Shown here: one piece after another, positions 1 to 10,474 of the stretch
Layout: each line of letters begins with the position of its first letter
How positions within the stretch are numbered: the first letter of the stretch is position 1
Virus genome (UHGV): UHGV-0125199
Source: a virus
DNA length: 64,000 nt
Direction: 5' to 3' (one strand)
The notes under the pieces: model-generated
Database searches by the model: none
The model's input: only the letters and a program-made list of their open reading frames with translations
Told to the model about the DNA's origin: nothing
Made by a program: the position numbers and the translations under genes

Positions 1-102
1 GCATACACTACAAATTTGAGAACTCGCAAAGAATTTATCTACTTTAATAACCTCTCTACCATACCAATTAGATTTATATTCTAGTTGTCTGACAAACTCA
101 GA

Positions 103-1035
103 CTATGATACGTCCACAATAGATTGAGCAAGTTTATGATTTTTAATAATATTTTTTACTTGTAAATCTTCAATACATATCACATCATTACCCCTAACAA
201 TCTTAGTAGATAATTTCTGCAAGAAGTCTTTTCTCTGATTTGCGATATGTTCCTGAAGTCTTGCAACCTTAATTCTTGCTTTATTACGATTTGAACTACC
301 TTTTGATTTTCGAGATAATTCTCTTTGTAATTTTGCAAGTTTATCTAAAGACTTCTTTAAATACTTTGGGTTTGGAATTATTTCTCCTTCAGATGTTATA
401 CAAAATTCTTTTATTCCAAGATCAATACCAACTGCATTTTTTGTTTTAGGTAATGGTTGAATTTCAATATCAGTACAACAAAGCGACACAAAATATTTTC
501 CACTTGGTTCTTGTGATATAGTGGCATTAAGTATTCTACCTTGTGGTATTAGCTTATTTTTCGTTTTTACCATTCCCAACTTTGGAAGTTTAATGTATTT
601 ATTGCAATATTGAATATTACCGTTTACACATTTTGACTTATAGGAATATCTATGTGTTTTCTTTGATTTGAATTTTGGATAACCTGTGTGTTCTTTAAAG
701 AACTTCTGATATGCTGAATCTAAATCCCTAAGAGAAGATTGAAGAGCAGTGGAATCAACTTCTTTAAGCCATTCGAGTTCCAATTTCAGTGTCTTCATAT
801 CATTTGCACATTGTACATATGAAAATGTTTCTTTATTTTTCTCATACATTTCGATGCGTTTTGCAAGGTATTTATTATATACAAATCTACAAGAACCAAA
901 AGTTTTAGTAATTATTTCTTTTTGCTTCTTATTTGGATATATTCGATATTTATAAGCTTTTTCCACCGATTTCACCTCGCTTCCGCTTTTGATTTTTAAT
1001 ATACTTTCTAATTTGTTCTTCTGTGTTTTACACAC
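103..1035 (-). pseudogene. tnpB: IS200/IS605-family TnpB (OrfB) RNA-guided nuclease homolog, C-terminally truncated (310 aa, ends before Zn-finger/RuvC-III)
   Basis: N-terminal 'YKYRIYPNKKQ' signature, RuvC-I 'GIDLGI', 'IEDL' RuvC-II; stops at '...SIVDVS' where full-length TnpB continues. Confidence 0.7.
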
Positions 1036-1424
1036 AATACAATATGATATTGAATTGAATATACATAACCCCTACCATGTGTTACTTCCATGATTTGTCC
1101 CCTCATATGTATATTCTCCATTTGGCGATTCATCTCATCACTAAAGTGACGAGTGTTCTCGCCTAATCTAATAAAAAGTAAATTTCAATATTCAGTTTTC
1201 CAATATTTGGAATTTTTAGCTGATACGCTTGACTACTTTGGAAAAAATATGTATTATACTAGTAGGGATAGCGCAAGCTGTTCTTAGCACTCCCATTTTG
1301 GGAAATGCGTTTTTTGGTTTTAGAAGAGCCGGAACCGGAGGTGTTGGCGCACCTGTGATGGATCTCCGTCTCTTCTTTTTTATTATGTTTACAAAAGGTA
1401 TATTAACACGAACACTTGTTCTTG

Positions 1425-1763
1425 TCAATAGTTGCCAGAACGTTTGTTCGATTTTTTGTTCTTTTTCTGTTCTTCTGTATCCGGGAAAGGATCATGAACT
1501 AATATTGTACTCATAGTCCCGATAGGACGAATGTTTATTACGTCTTCTTGCTTTTCAGAAAAAACTCTTAATTGATTAAGAAAGTCATCACATATCTTTG
1601 CAATAGTTTCAGATCTTTCTATGATTTCCTTGCATTCCTGAAAAGTTTTTCTTTCAAATCCTATTACTTCATTTTCACTTTCTAAGTCCTGTTCCGCAAC
1701 TAAGACTTTTTTTCCTTTACAATATTTCACTGCTTCATCAATATCCATTAATACATATCTCAT
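1425..1763 (-). CDS. acidic hypothetical protein, translationally coupled (ATGA overlap) downstream of MazF-like toxin; candidate cognate antitoxin/partner
   Basis: 4-nt overlap with upstream toxin gene; Asp/Glu-rich 112 aa; no recognisable fold by eye. Confidence 0.4.
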   Translation of the reverse strand: MRYVLMDIDEAVKYCKGKKVLVAEQDLESENEVIGFERKTFQECKEIIERSETIAKICDDFLNQLRVFSEKQEDVINIRPIGTMSTILVHDPFPDTEEQKKNKKSNKRSGNY

Positions 1764-2125
1764 TTTAAATCATCTCCCCACATTGGATTTGCTTCATAAA
1801 CCCTTCTAATTTCTCGCTTGTCTTTTATATCTGTCAATTTGCCGAGGTATTTTATAATTCTTAACTCTGAAATTTGTTTTAAACATTCTGCCAAAACAAT
1901 AGAATCTTTTACCAAACCAGTTCCTCTACCTCTTTTTATCAGAGTATGCGTAGGCTGGTTTGGATTTTTTAATTTTGTACTTATTGGCATAACTAACGTA
2001 GTTGCTGCATGATGATTGCCAATATCATTCTGAATCACAACTGCTGGTCTTTTACCACCTTGCTCATGACCTATCGGATTATCTCCGAAGTCAACCATAA
2101 CAATATCAAACTGCTTTACATTCAT
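1760..2125 (-). CDS. MazF/PemK-family mRNA interferase toxin
   Basis: 'FDIVMVDFGDNPIGHEQGGKRPAVVIQND...TLVMPISTK' matches PemK/MazF fold signatures. Confidence 0.75.
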   Translation of the reverse strand: MNVKQFDIVMVDFGDNPIGHEQGGKRPAVVIQNDIGNHHAATTLVMPISTKLKNPNQPTHTLIKRGRGTGLVKDSIVLAECLKQISELRIIKYLGKLTDIKDKREIRRVYEANPMWGDDLK

Positions 2126-2188
2126 TACGCATCCTCCTTTCTTTTGAATCTATGTACTTCTCTCTTTCGTTGTTATAAGTATATACTC

Positions 2189-2268
2189 TTTACAGTATAT
2201 TGTCAAGAGTATATTCTATAAAATATATTTATTTTCTCAAGAATATATGCTAAACTATATACTGTAAA
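2189..2268. promoter_or_regulatory. 11-bp inverted repeat pair (TTTACAGTATA / TATACTGTAAA) in divergent intergenic region between MazF and XRE genes; probable operator
   Basis: perfect reverse-complement 11-mers at 2189-2199 and 2258-2268. Confidence 0.4.
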
Positions 2269-2296
2269 CAATATACGAAGGACAGGAGATGGATAC

Positions 2297-2563
2297 ATGC
2301 GCTTAGATATTAAAGATTTAGTGGATAAAAAATTCCAAAATAAAAATCAATTTGCAAAAGCAATCGGTGTTGGATATCCTGCTGCTTGTAAACTTTACGA
2401 TGGAGATACAAGCAAAATAAATTTTGACACACTAGAAAGAATATGTATCGCGCTAGAATGTACTCCAACTGATTTATTCAAATCTGACGATCCAGCGTTA
2501 AATAGACTTCTTTTATATTATTGCAAGTTACATGAATCTATTGAAAAAGACGATACCAAATAA
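2297..2563 (+). CDS. XRE-family helix-turn-helix transcriptional regulator
   Basis: 'QFAKAIGVGYPAACKLYDGDTSKINFDTLERICIALECTPTDLF' classic HTH_XRE. Confidence 0.7.
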   Translation: MRLDIKDLVDKKFQNKNQFAKAIGVGYPAACKLYDGDTSKINFDTLERICIALECTPTDLFKSDDPALNRLLLYYCKLHESIEKDDTK

Positions 2564-2588
2564 GTATCGTCTTTACATATATCTTCAA

Positions 2589-2981
2589 TTATTCATCTGT
2601 AAGATTTTCAAAGATTTTAATAAAATCCGGTTTACTCAACTCTTTGAGCTTCGCAACAAGTTTCTTATCAGCAAACTCATGAGTCCATGTTGATTCACCA
2701 AGTAATTTATTTGCATACTTCTGTGCGTAATCAAAATTGCAGCAAACCGTATCTGTATGTATAGTTATAACTGCTGCCTCTTCTGAGCTTAAATTATCAC
2801 ATGTCGCAACAAAATCTGGCTTAATGAATTCCTTCAATGACTCAATAATATTCTCGTTTTCATAATCTTGTTTCGTAATTTTTCTGCCGGTAACTTCATC
2901 CACGTACTTTTGTACATCCTTAAAATCACAGCATAATTCTCCTGTGTATGCGCTTATCACTACTGCATCTCTTTTCTTCAT
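2589..2981 (-). CDS. hypothetical protein with internal tandem duplication (two ~60-aa repeats each with CC-x-F-x-D...KY motif)
   Basis: repeat 'ISAYTGELCCDFKDVQKYVDEV...KPDF' vs 'ITIHTDTVCCNFDYAQKYANKL...KPDF'. Confidence 0.5.
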   Translation of the reverse strand: MKKRDAVVISAYTGELCCDFKDVQKYVDEVTGRKITKQDYENENIIESLKEFIKPDFVATCDNLSSEEAAVITIHTDTVCCNFDYAQKYANKLLGESTWTHEFADKKLVAKLKELSKPDFIKIFENLTDE

Positions 2982-3473
2982 ACATTACACCTCTTCTTTC
3001 TTTGAAATTATCTTTGAATTGTATCCTTTGCTTTTCTAACTGCTATGTCCCAACTTACTTCTATTCCGGAACCAATACTGTACCATGTATCTTGTTTTTC
3101 ACTGTATTGCAAAACGTTCCAGCACCATAAATTTGTCTTTTCTTTATGAGGTTCCAGGATAACTTTTCTTTGATTATACATAATTTTACACCTCTAAATT
3201 TAAAAATGAAAGTTAAATTTCATCTAAAATATCACTTTCAATATACCGAATCATCCCATAAATAGAAATATCCTTCAACTCTCCATTTTCAATAATTACT
3301 TCATCGGGATATTCTTTCTTGCAATACAGTGCCGCAGATACTCTAATTCCGTCTAAAAATCCTGCCATTTCTACAGCACTATCAATACTTTTAATTTCTT
3401 CCTTTATCTTTTCTATTACTTTCATTTTATCTCCTTATAAAATTCAGACTTTACTTTATTTTATATTTCCTGA

Positions 3474-3848
3474 TTATCCACTAATTGCAGATTTCAAACC
3501 TCTCAAAAGATTAGGGGTAACTGGTGTCAAATATGGATTGTCAATTCTATCTTTTACACCATCAATACTATCGTACCAATAATCACATTCAAGATACGGC
3601 ATATATTTTCCATCTACACAATAAATTTTGTTTCCTTTATATTCTTCCACAAAATATTGCTCTTCACTTTTTCTTTTACACTCTTCAGAACATACCGGAG
3701 CATTGACTCTTCTATTAAATGTTATGATGTTCCCATTGATATCTTTCTTTTTAAAATTTCCAAACAGTGTTGTCTTTGAACACATAGCAAAATCTTTAAG
3801 ACCAAATTGCTCATACTCTTTTCCACATACTGGACATTTCCATTTCAT
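3474..3848 (-). CDS. hypothetical Zn-ribbon protein
   Basis: N-terminal CPVCG...C and internal CSEEC pairs. Confidence 0.4.
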   Translation of the reverse strand: MKWKCPVCGKEYEQFGLKDFAMCSKTTLFGNFKKKDINGNIITFNRRVNAPVCSEECKRKSEEQYFVEEYKGNKIYCVDGKYMPYLECDYWYDSIDGVKDRIDNPYLTPVTPNLLRGLKSAISG

Positions 3849-3859
3849 AATACTCGCCC

Positions 3860-4165
3860 CTATTCTTCCATATACGGATTATCTTTCAGCCTGTAATCAC
3901 AACCCTTCGCCAAAAGAAACTGTCTCCATTTCAGCAGCTCTTTTTCATTCAATTCAAAATCATGAGTCTCTATTCCTTCTAGTGATAAATCCAATGTATC
4001 TGGAATATCCGGATATTCTTCCAATATATAAATACTACAAGACATTTGATTCGATTCTTTATCTCTTTGAATATCGTTTACACATCTTGTATAGGGAAAT
4101 ATATCTTTGATAATGAATTCAATTTCTTCATCCGTTAAATCTAGAAACTCTCTATATTTTAACAT
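3860..4165 (-). CDS. hypothetical protein
   Basis: ORF in co-directional early block. Confidence 0.35.
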   Translation of the reverse strand: MLKYREFLDLTDEEIEFIIKDIFPYTRCVNDIQRDKESNQMSCSIYILEEYPDIPDTLDLSLEGIETHDFELNEKELLKWRQFLLAKGCDYRLKDNPYMEE

Positions 4166-4194
4166 TATACCTGCCTCCTCAATTCACACTTTCA

Positions 4195-4437
4195 TTAACA
4201 AATCTGTCTTTTCCAACCTCTTTTCTTGAGTTCTGAATAATAGTCCACTTTTTCTAAGCATCTACATTTCTCATAGGATATCAAATCCATTGTTGGTTTA
4301 TTCAAACATCTTTTACATTTTACATCTTCTTTTGATAGCCATACCTGATGTAATCTACACCAATATTCCGGATCAATACATATTTTATTATCTATTCCCA
4401 TTCTAGGATTGTTGGCATCTGCTATTTTATACTGCAA
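4195..4437 (-). CDS. hypothetical Cys-rich small protein
   Basis: multiple CxxC-like pairs. Confidence 0.35.
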   Translation of the reverse strand: MQYKIADANNPRMGIDNKICIDPEYWCRLHQVWLSKEDVKCKRCLNKPTMDLISYEKCRCLEKVDYYSELKKRGWKRQIC

Positions 4438-4461
4438 TTATACACCTCCAAGAAAACATAA

Positions 4462-4731
4462 CTATTCTATGCTGCAATATCCAATACATTGAGGTATGTC
4501 ATATTTATTTTCTCCAAATCTATTAGTACATACATATCTTAGTTCTTTCCAATCGGTTCTATCATCTTTACCATAGTCTTTTGTAACAAACAAATCCGAT
4601 CTTTCAAAAATTGCACCCCAATAATTCCAGTATTCTAAAATATAATCGTACATCTGATCAATGGTGTCGAATTCCATTTCATCTTTTAATGATTCGCTCA
4701 ACATTCCTTTATCTGGTCTATATTTAACCAT
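4462..4731 (-). CDS. hypothetical protein
   Basis: ORF, co-directional. Confidence 0.35.
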   Translation of the reverse strand: MVKYRPDKGMLSESLKDEMEFDTIDQMYDYILEYWNYWGAIFERSDLFVTKDYGKDDRTDWKELRYVCTNRFGENKYDIPQCIGYCSIE

Positions 4732-4851
4732 ACATCCTCCTGAATGAAACTTAGATTTCTTCAGCTTCTCTGTTCATCTTCATCAGATATCTTACAAGTG
4801 TATACCTGAACACAATCAACTTCTATCTCAAACATATATTATTCCATTCAA

Positions 4852-5253
4852 TCAATCGTTTAAGCTAATTTGATAAATATCTTCTACCCAATCTGCTATT
4901 TTATTTCCATATCCAATTAATCCGTTCCATGTGCATACTGCGTTAAAAATTTCTTTTCTGCTCATCGAATAGATTTCCATATCTCTACTCACATCTATTT
5001 CGTCTAAGTCTAAATTCTTCCTCACACACCTCATAATATATTCAGGGTATTTCATGTTATTAGAATCAATATGCTCTTCATATCTCTTTATTTTTTTTAC
5101 AATATCCTTTGCACCTGCAATTAACTGTAACTCTGATACTTTGTCAAACTGTTTAATATTCAAAGTGCAAACAGGCAAATCGTTTTCTTCCAAAATCTGT
5201 TTTACAATATTAAATCTTTCTTGTGTAGTCATATTATCCTCACTTTCTGTCAT
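4852..5253 (-). CDS. hypothetical protein
   Basis: ORF, co-directional. Confidence 0.4.
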   Translation of the reverse strand: MTESEDNMTTQERFNIVKQILEENDLPVCTLNIKQFDKVSELQLIAGAKDIVKKIKRYEEHIDSNNMKYPEYIMRCVRKNLDLDEIDVSRDMEIYSMSRKEIFNAVCTWNGLIGYGNKIADWVEDIYQISLND

Positions 5254-5270
5254 CTAAACCGGCATGAAAC

Positions 5271-5507
5271 CTACATTTCTTTTACTTTAATAAACATCTT
5301 TTTCGGGAGTATTTTATTGCAGTTTATACACCTTCGTCTTCTACTACAAAATTCTGTAATATCTTCAGAAGCTCCACATGGCTCATCATTGTAATCAAAA
5401 AGCAAATCTCTAATTACTCTTTCTGTTATATAGTATCCTTTCCCTGAACCACAAAACGGGCATATTTTTTGTTCCTCCATAATTCCCCTTCGCTTGAAAT
5501 CAATCAT
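5271..5507 (-). CDS. hypothetical Zn-ribbon protein
   Basis: CPFCG...CINCN motifs. Confidence 0.4.
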   Translation of the reverse strand: MIDFKRRGIMEEQKICPFCGSGKGYYITERVIRDLLFDYNDEPCGASEDITEFCSRRRRCINCNKILPKKMFIKVKEM

Positions 5508-5553
5508 TCAATTTTCGCTGTTTACTATACTTCTTATCAATCCTTCATGACTT

Positions 5554-6339
5554 CTACGCATTTTTAATTTCCTCAATTTTCTTTTTGTATTCTTCTTTTA
5601 ATTCCAAATAATTTTTAATTTCTTCTGCTTGTTCATCCGTGATTGATGTTTTCTCTCCATTCAGATATATAGAATAATTCCCTGTTTTCCCGTAAATTTT
5701 TTGATTCCATTTGCAACCTTTCAAGACTTCCGGAACAATAGGTTTCTCTATTGCGTTAATTTTGTCTTTCTTTTCCATCCACTTCTTTTGCTGATCTAAG
5801 GCGATTTGATAATGAGCCATAGCAAACAATCCTTTGTCGGAAACTGTATGATCTGCTCCGATAGACACAGCTTTTGTAATTTCATCTTGCAAATCGTTTA
5901 ACTTTATAACCTTGTTCCAACACATCATAGGCGCAGATAAAGAATACCAGTCATTTGCTGATTCTCTTCCGCTCCAACTATAGCCTCCTAAAGACTTAAT
6001 ATCATCTTTATAAGGTTTTGTATTACCACTAAACCATACAGATAGCATAATGCTCCCGTCATCATCGTTAATATACGGTAAGACAGAAGCATTAAAAATA
6101 AATCCTTCTTTCTGAGCCGCTTCTTCCATTTTCTTTTTATAGCACTCTTTGCACAACCCGCTTGATTTAAAATATTCTATTTTTCTATCTCTTTCTTTTT
6201 CTTTACCAAATAACTCTACAGTATCTTCGTGCCCGCAGCCCATTGTTATTGTATATTTAGCCATAATATCACTCCTTATAAAGAACTCTTCTATCTTATT
6301 TTTTCCGGCGCTAAAATCGCCCATGCTATACATTTGCAA
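5554..6339 (-). CDS. hypothetical protein (261 aa)
   Basis: long ORF co-directional with neighbours. Confidence 0.45.
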   Translation of the reverse strand: MQMYSMGDFSAGKNKIEEFFIRSDIMAKYTITMGCGHEDTVELFGKEKERDRKIEYFKSSGLCKECYKKKMEEAAQKEGFIFNASVLPYINDDDGSIMLSVWFSGNTKPYKDDIKSLGGYSWSGRESANDWYSLSAPMMCWNKVIKLNDLQDEITKAVSIGADHTVSDKGLFAMAHYQIALDQQKKWMEKKDKINAIEKPIVPEVLKGCKWNQKIYGKTGNYSIYLNGEKTSITDEQAEEIKNYLELKEEYKKKIEEIKNA

Positions 6340-6743
6340 AAATCACCAGTCCAATATGATACTTCTGGATTAAAAATAGAAGACGGTAATAAAATATCAA
6401 CACAAAAAGGAGTAATCGGAACTACTTTAGATTCCTCCTTGTAAATAGTCTTATAAAAATTATTCGCTTCTTTTATTATTTTTGCTGCATCTTTCCCGTC
6501 TCTGCATCCAAATGTAATAAGCAACGGAATTTTTTCTTCTATATTATTAAATAATGTAATAACATATCCACTGTCTTCTATTGTTAATTTCATCACAGTT
6601 CCGTCCACAACATCTGCAAATTCGTGTTTCTTTGCATCCTGGATCATCCGTTTTAATATAAAGTACATATCTTTATTTACTTCTTCCGGATAACTTTTCC
6701 TGTTGTGTCCTGTGTTTAATGTATAATGGTTTAAATATTCCAT
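6291..6743 (-). CDS. hypothetical protein (150 aa)
   Basis: ORF. Confidence 0.4.
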   Translation of the reverse strand: MEYLNHYTLNTGHNRKSYPEEVNKDMYFILKRMIQDAKKHEFADVVDGTVMKLTIEDSGYVITLFNNIEEKIPLLITFGCRDGKDAAKIIKEANNFYKTIYKEESKVVPITPFCVDILLPSSIFNPEVSYWTGDFCKCIAWAILAPEKIR

Positions 6744-6759
6744 ATTTATCTCCCTATAT

Positions 6760-7290
6760 TTAATACCGTCTGTCTAAACTGTATTGTATCATTTTGATAT
6801 AATCTTCATCATATTTTTCTTCGTTGAATAAGATTTCGCCAATATTGTCTGATTGCCAAAAAATATGATAAACTCCTTCTTTATCATATCCATCTGATTC
6901 TATTCTTTCCAACACTCTTTCTTCCAGAATTTCGGAAACAATTTTTGCAACTCGTGGAATCGTTTTCTCATGAAGCTCTTCTACAGTGTAATCGGATTCC
7001 AGTTCATCGTCATCAACTTTATATAATTCCATTACACGCTCTCCATCTACTTTATCTCGCTCTGAATTAAAACATCCACGAATTCTGCTACCTTCTACGA
7101 CGCGCCATGTTGTACATGTCGCAACAGCATGTTTTATGCTATAAGTTGCATGGCTAAGATTATTTGCAATATACAGATTTATATCATTATTATTTGTAAT
7201 TTCCATGTATACAGCAATATCAATCTCCATATGTTGTATTTTATTTATTTTATCAACAAGTTCTTCAAATCTTTTGTTATACAAAATCAT
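6760..7290 (-). CDS. hypothetical protein (176 aa)
   Basis: ORF. Confidence 0.4.
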   Translation of the reverse strand: MILYNKRFEELVDKINKIQHMEIDIAVYMEITNNNDINLYIANNLSHATYSIKHAVATCTTWRVVEGSRIRGCFNSERDKVDGERVMELYKVDDDELESDYTVEELHEKTIPRVAKIVSEILEERVLERIESDGYDKEGVYHIFWQSDNIGEILFNEEKYDEDYIKMIQYSLDRRY

Positions 7291-7292
7291 AA

Positions 7293-7622
7293 TTATTCCT
7301 CACTTTCTTGATACTCTTTAACAACATCAGTCACTTTGGAGCGTCTGTCTGTAATAATATAGGCTTCTAAAAGATTGTCATAGTATCCGAGACTTCTTTC
7401 TGTTTTTAATTCTCGATTTTTGTATCTCCGGAACTTAAGATATGATCTGTCGTGCATAATATTTTCATTCTCATCTTTCTTAACCCAATTATTACATTTC
7501 CATCCTTCGTACCATCCGTTTCCATATGTGCTATCAGGATATAAAGTATCCAACATTTTTTCTAATTCATCCCACGGGATCTTATATCCTGTCCTATTGT
7601 CAAATTCCTCCAGATTGTACAT
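7293..7622 (-). CDS. hypothetical protein (109 aa)
   Basis: ORF, abuts upstream gene. Confidence 0.4.
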   Translation of the reverse strand: MYNLEEFDNRTGYKIPWDELEKMLDTLYPDSTYGNGWYEGWKCNNWVKKDENENIMHDRSYLKFRRYKNRELKTERSLGYYDNLLEAYIITDRRSKVTDVVKEYQESEE

Positions 7623-7998
7623 ACGATCATTTCCTTTTTAAAATTTCTGTTACCTGCTGCGTAGTAATTCCATATATTTTCGCAACTTTTTTCTTGTCTT
7701 TGTATTTTTCATATTCTTCTATAATGTCATTCTCTGTCCAGTTCTGTTCAACCGGCTCATTCATAAACTTTTCCATCATGGTTTCTCCAATTTCCAATCT
7801 TCCAAAATACTTTCTACGGAATCATACGGACAAAACAACTTCCCACTTCTCAACATAATTACATCAATTTTTTTCTTATTCTTATAGATCTTTGTAAGTT
7901 CTGTGTTTATTTCATATGTTTGTCCGGTTCTAAACCCCATACTTCCGTCTCTCCCTATATACACACCTCTCAATACTATCCCTCCATTATATACTATT

Positions 7999-9114
7999 TT
8001 ACCATGATAACCTTTTTTCTTCTACTTTTTGCATTAAATCACTCAAAATTTTCATACCTGTTTCTGTATTACATTCAGAATTAACTCTTCCTGTACTAAA
8101 TGCTTCAAGAATGATATCTCTTAAATCATTTGTTTTCAAGGCAATTACAGGAATGTTATCAATTACTGGAGAAATACCAGCGTCAATTTCTTCAATATAT
8201 TTTCCAACATCGTTGAACGCCTTTGCTCCTTTCTGTGCAAAAATTCCAGAGTACCGTTTTGTTGTTTCTTTATTAGCATGACCTAAGATTGTTTGAAGAA
8301 CATCCAAACAATCTGGATCAAATTGATTAATTTCATGCATAATATATCCAAACGTTTTTCTCATACTGTGTGTACTGATGTCTTTTAACCCATTGAAATC
8401 TGCTGCTTTCTTTAATTCATATCTGAATGACGCAGCTTGTTTTTTTATAGCCTTTTCATACTCTTCTTTTGTTCTAGCATCAATTTTCAAATCTGTATTC
8501 AAAATATCTTCTTTTAAGTGTTCCATAGGATTGATTTTTTCTGTATCACAATACCATTCCAAGTATTTCCAAACAGTCTGACTTACTGTGATTTTAATAA
8601 CTTTATCTGTCTTTTGCTCAATCAGGGTGTCCAAGATGTCCTTTTTCTTTCCATTTTCGTAATAGAAATCAGACCACTTTAAAGATAATGTGTCTCCAAT
8701 ACGTCTAGCCAACAAAATTCCAAGCATAAAGACAAGGAATTCTTTATTCTTGCTATTATCTCTAAAATAATCCATCATGTCCTTAATCTCAGATGTTTTA
8801 TAAAATGGTCTTACCAGTGTTGTTCCAGATTTTTTGGTACTACGAACCACCTTAAATGGAATGTAACATTCTCCATCAAAAATACTTTTAATCCAAATTT
8901 CTGACTTCCCGTTTGTAAATTTTAAAATATTTTCAGTAGAATCTGAATCTTTAATATCATTTTCGTCATCTTCTGTTTCAACAGGATAAAATTTTTCTTT
9001 TTCCATAATCTGATCAAGTTCTTCATTTGTATATACGTTTCCATTCATTTTCTTTTCTAATTTGTCTACTAATTTCATTATAATATACCTCCTAAAATCC
9101 CAATGCTTCTGCAA
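7999..9114 (-). CDS. tyrosine site-specific recombinase / phage integrase family
   Basis: 'ARRIGD' (Arg), 'HSMRKTFGY' (HxxR), 'LGHANKETTKRY' (catalytic Tyr) in C-terminal catalytic domain. Confidence 0.75.
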   Translation of the reverse strand: MQKHWDFRRYIIMKLVDKLEKKMNGNVYTNEELDQIMEKEKFYPVETEDDENDIKDSDSTENILKFTNGKSEIWIKSIFDGECYIPFKVVRSTKKSGTTLVRPFYKTSEIKDMMDYFRDNSKNKEFLVFMLGILLARRIGDTLSLKWSDFYYENGKKKDILDTLIEQKTDKVIKITVSQTVWKYLEWYCDTEKINPMEHLKEDILNTDLKIDARTKEEYEKAIKKQAASFRYELKKAADFNGLKDISTHSMRKTFGYIMHEINQFDPDCLDVLQTILGHANKETTKRYSGIFAQKGAKAFNDVGKYIEEIDAGISPVIDNIPVIALKTNDLRDIILEAFSTGRVNSECNTETGMKILSDLMQKVEEKRLSW

Positions 9115-9664
9115 TATCTATTTTCTTTTGTAAATATTCTAATGCAGACAATCGTTCTGCAAATTCTTTTGATTCTTTTCCATGAAAATAACTAATTTCC
9201 CATAACTCTCCATCCTCGGTTCTGTAATATTTCTGTTCCTGTGGCTTATTATTCCGTGTAAGATATTCATACACATTCCGACAATACAATTTTTCGTATT
9301 CTCCTAATGGGATATCTTCTTTTTCAAGTTCTTGCACTTTACAGCATCCTTTCATAATTTATATTCTTCGTCCATGTAACAGTCCATCTACCCTTGTTTC
9401 TGCGTAAAATTCAAAATCCATGCAGCAAATGTTATGACTATTATGCACAGAATTTTCTTCTCTTCTTATTCTCTCTTTGATTCCTCTACTTTGTTTCTTA
9501 AATAAATACTCCATGTTGTTCTTTTCTCTTCTCATAATATCCCTCCTATTTTTGCAATAAAAAAACAATCAGATATTTCCGATTGCTTTAATTGATTCAT
9601 ATTTTTTCTTATATACACTACAAAAGTCACCAGGATAATCTGATGACTTCTAACTATACACACA

Positions 9665-9802
9665 TTATCTTCCTTTTTTTGCTTTCTTCCATTCATATTC
9701 CCATCGTTCTTGATCTGACATTTTACTTGTCTTATGATCTTCTGCCAATGCAAACAAACCTCCAATAACAAGAACAATTGTTCCAAAAATAATTCCACCC
9801 AT
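9665..9802 (-). CDS. small hydrophobic peptide (45 aa, one TM) not in supplied ORF track
   Basis: strong RBS GGAGG 6 nt upstream of ATG; 'MGGIIFGTIVLVIGGLFALA...' TM helix. Confidence 0.35.
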   Translation of the reverse strand: MGGIIFGTIVLVIGGLFALAEDHKTSKMSDQERWEYEWKKAKKGR

Positions 9803-9920
9803 AATAATCCTCCAAATATTTTTTTTATTTTAAACTATCACTAAGATTTTCCAAAAAAGCACATAACATCAATAAGAAAATTCCTCCAATTAACGCTCCC
9901 ATATATATATCCCTCCTTCA

Positions 9921-10472
9921 TTATCCATTATATATGTAAGCACACTTATGTGCGACACCACTCTGTGTTCTTCCTAACTCTTTTGCAACTTCTCTATAAG
10001 ACATTCCTCTGCGTAACATGGATTTTGCATATTTTATTTCCATATCTGTCCAGTATTTTCCTTTGTTTGGTCTGTCATATGAGAATTTTTCACACCTTAC
10101 CCACGCCGGTTCCAAAGCCAATGTCGTACAATTATACCTAGACCAGTTGATAATATCCTTATGCTGTTCAGCCCATTTCCAAAAATTTTCAAGATCAATC
10201 ATATATTTTGTGCAGCACGAACATTTAAATTTACGACATGGAAGATCATATTGATTTATCCACTTCATGACTACCTTATGAGTAACATTGAAACACTCAG
10301 CAAGTTTATTCACGCTTAAAACATCATGCACCTTGCTCAAGCCTATATCCAAAGCCTTTTTAACAACTGCACGTTCTGTTCTATTAAGTCTTTTTGCTGT
10401 AATTGACACAGCCTGATTCAAATATTTCGATTCCAAATACCTAATCTCTCTGTCCGTCCATCTTTGAGCCAT
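9921..10472 (-). CDS. DNA-binding protein with two tandem HTH repeats (sigma-70 region-4/Myb-like)
   Basis: repeated 'W(T)D(R/M)EI(R/K)Y...S' followed by HTH-like 'VAKELGRTQSGVAHK' / 'ITAKRLNRTERAVVKK'. Confidence 0.45.
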   Translation of the reverse strand: MAQRWTDREIRYLESKYLNQAVSITAKRLNRTERAVVKKALDIGLSKVHDVLSVNKLAECFNVTHKVVMKWINQYDLPCRKFKCSCCTKYMIDLENFWKWAEQHKDIINWSRYNCTTLALEPAWVRCEKFSYDRPNKGKYWTDMEIKYAKSMLRRGMSYREVAKELGRTQSGVAHKCAYIYNG

Positions 10473-10474
10473 AC

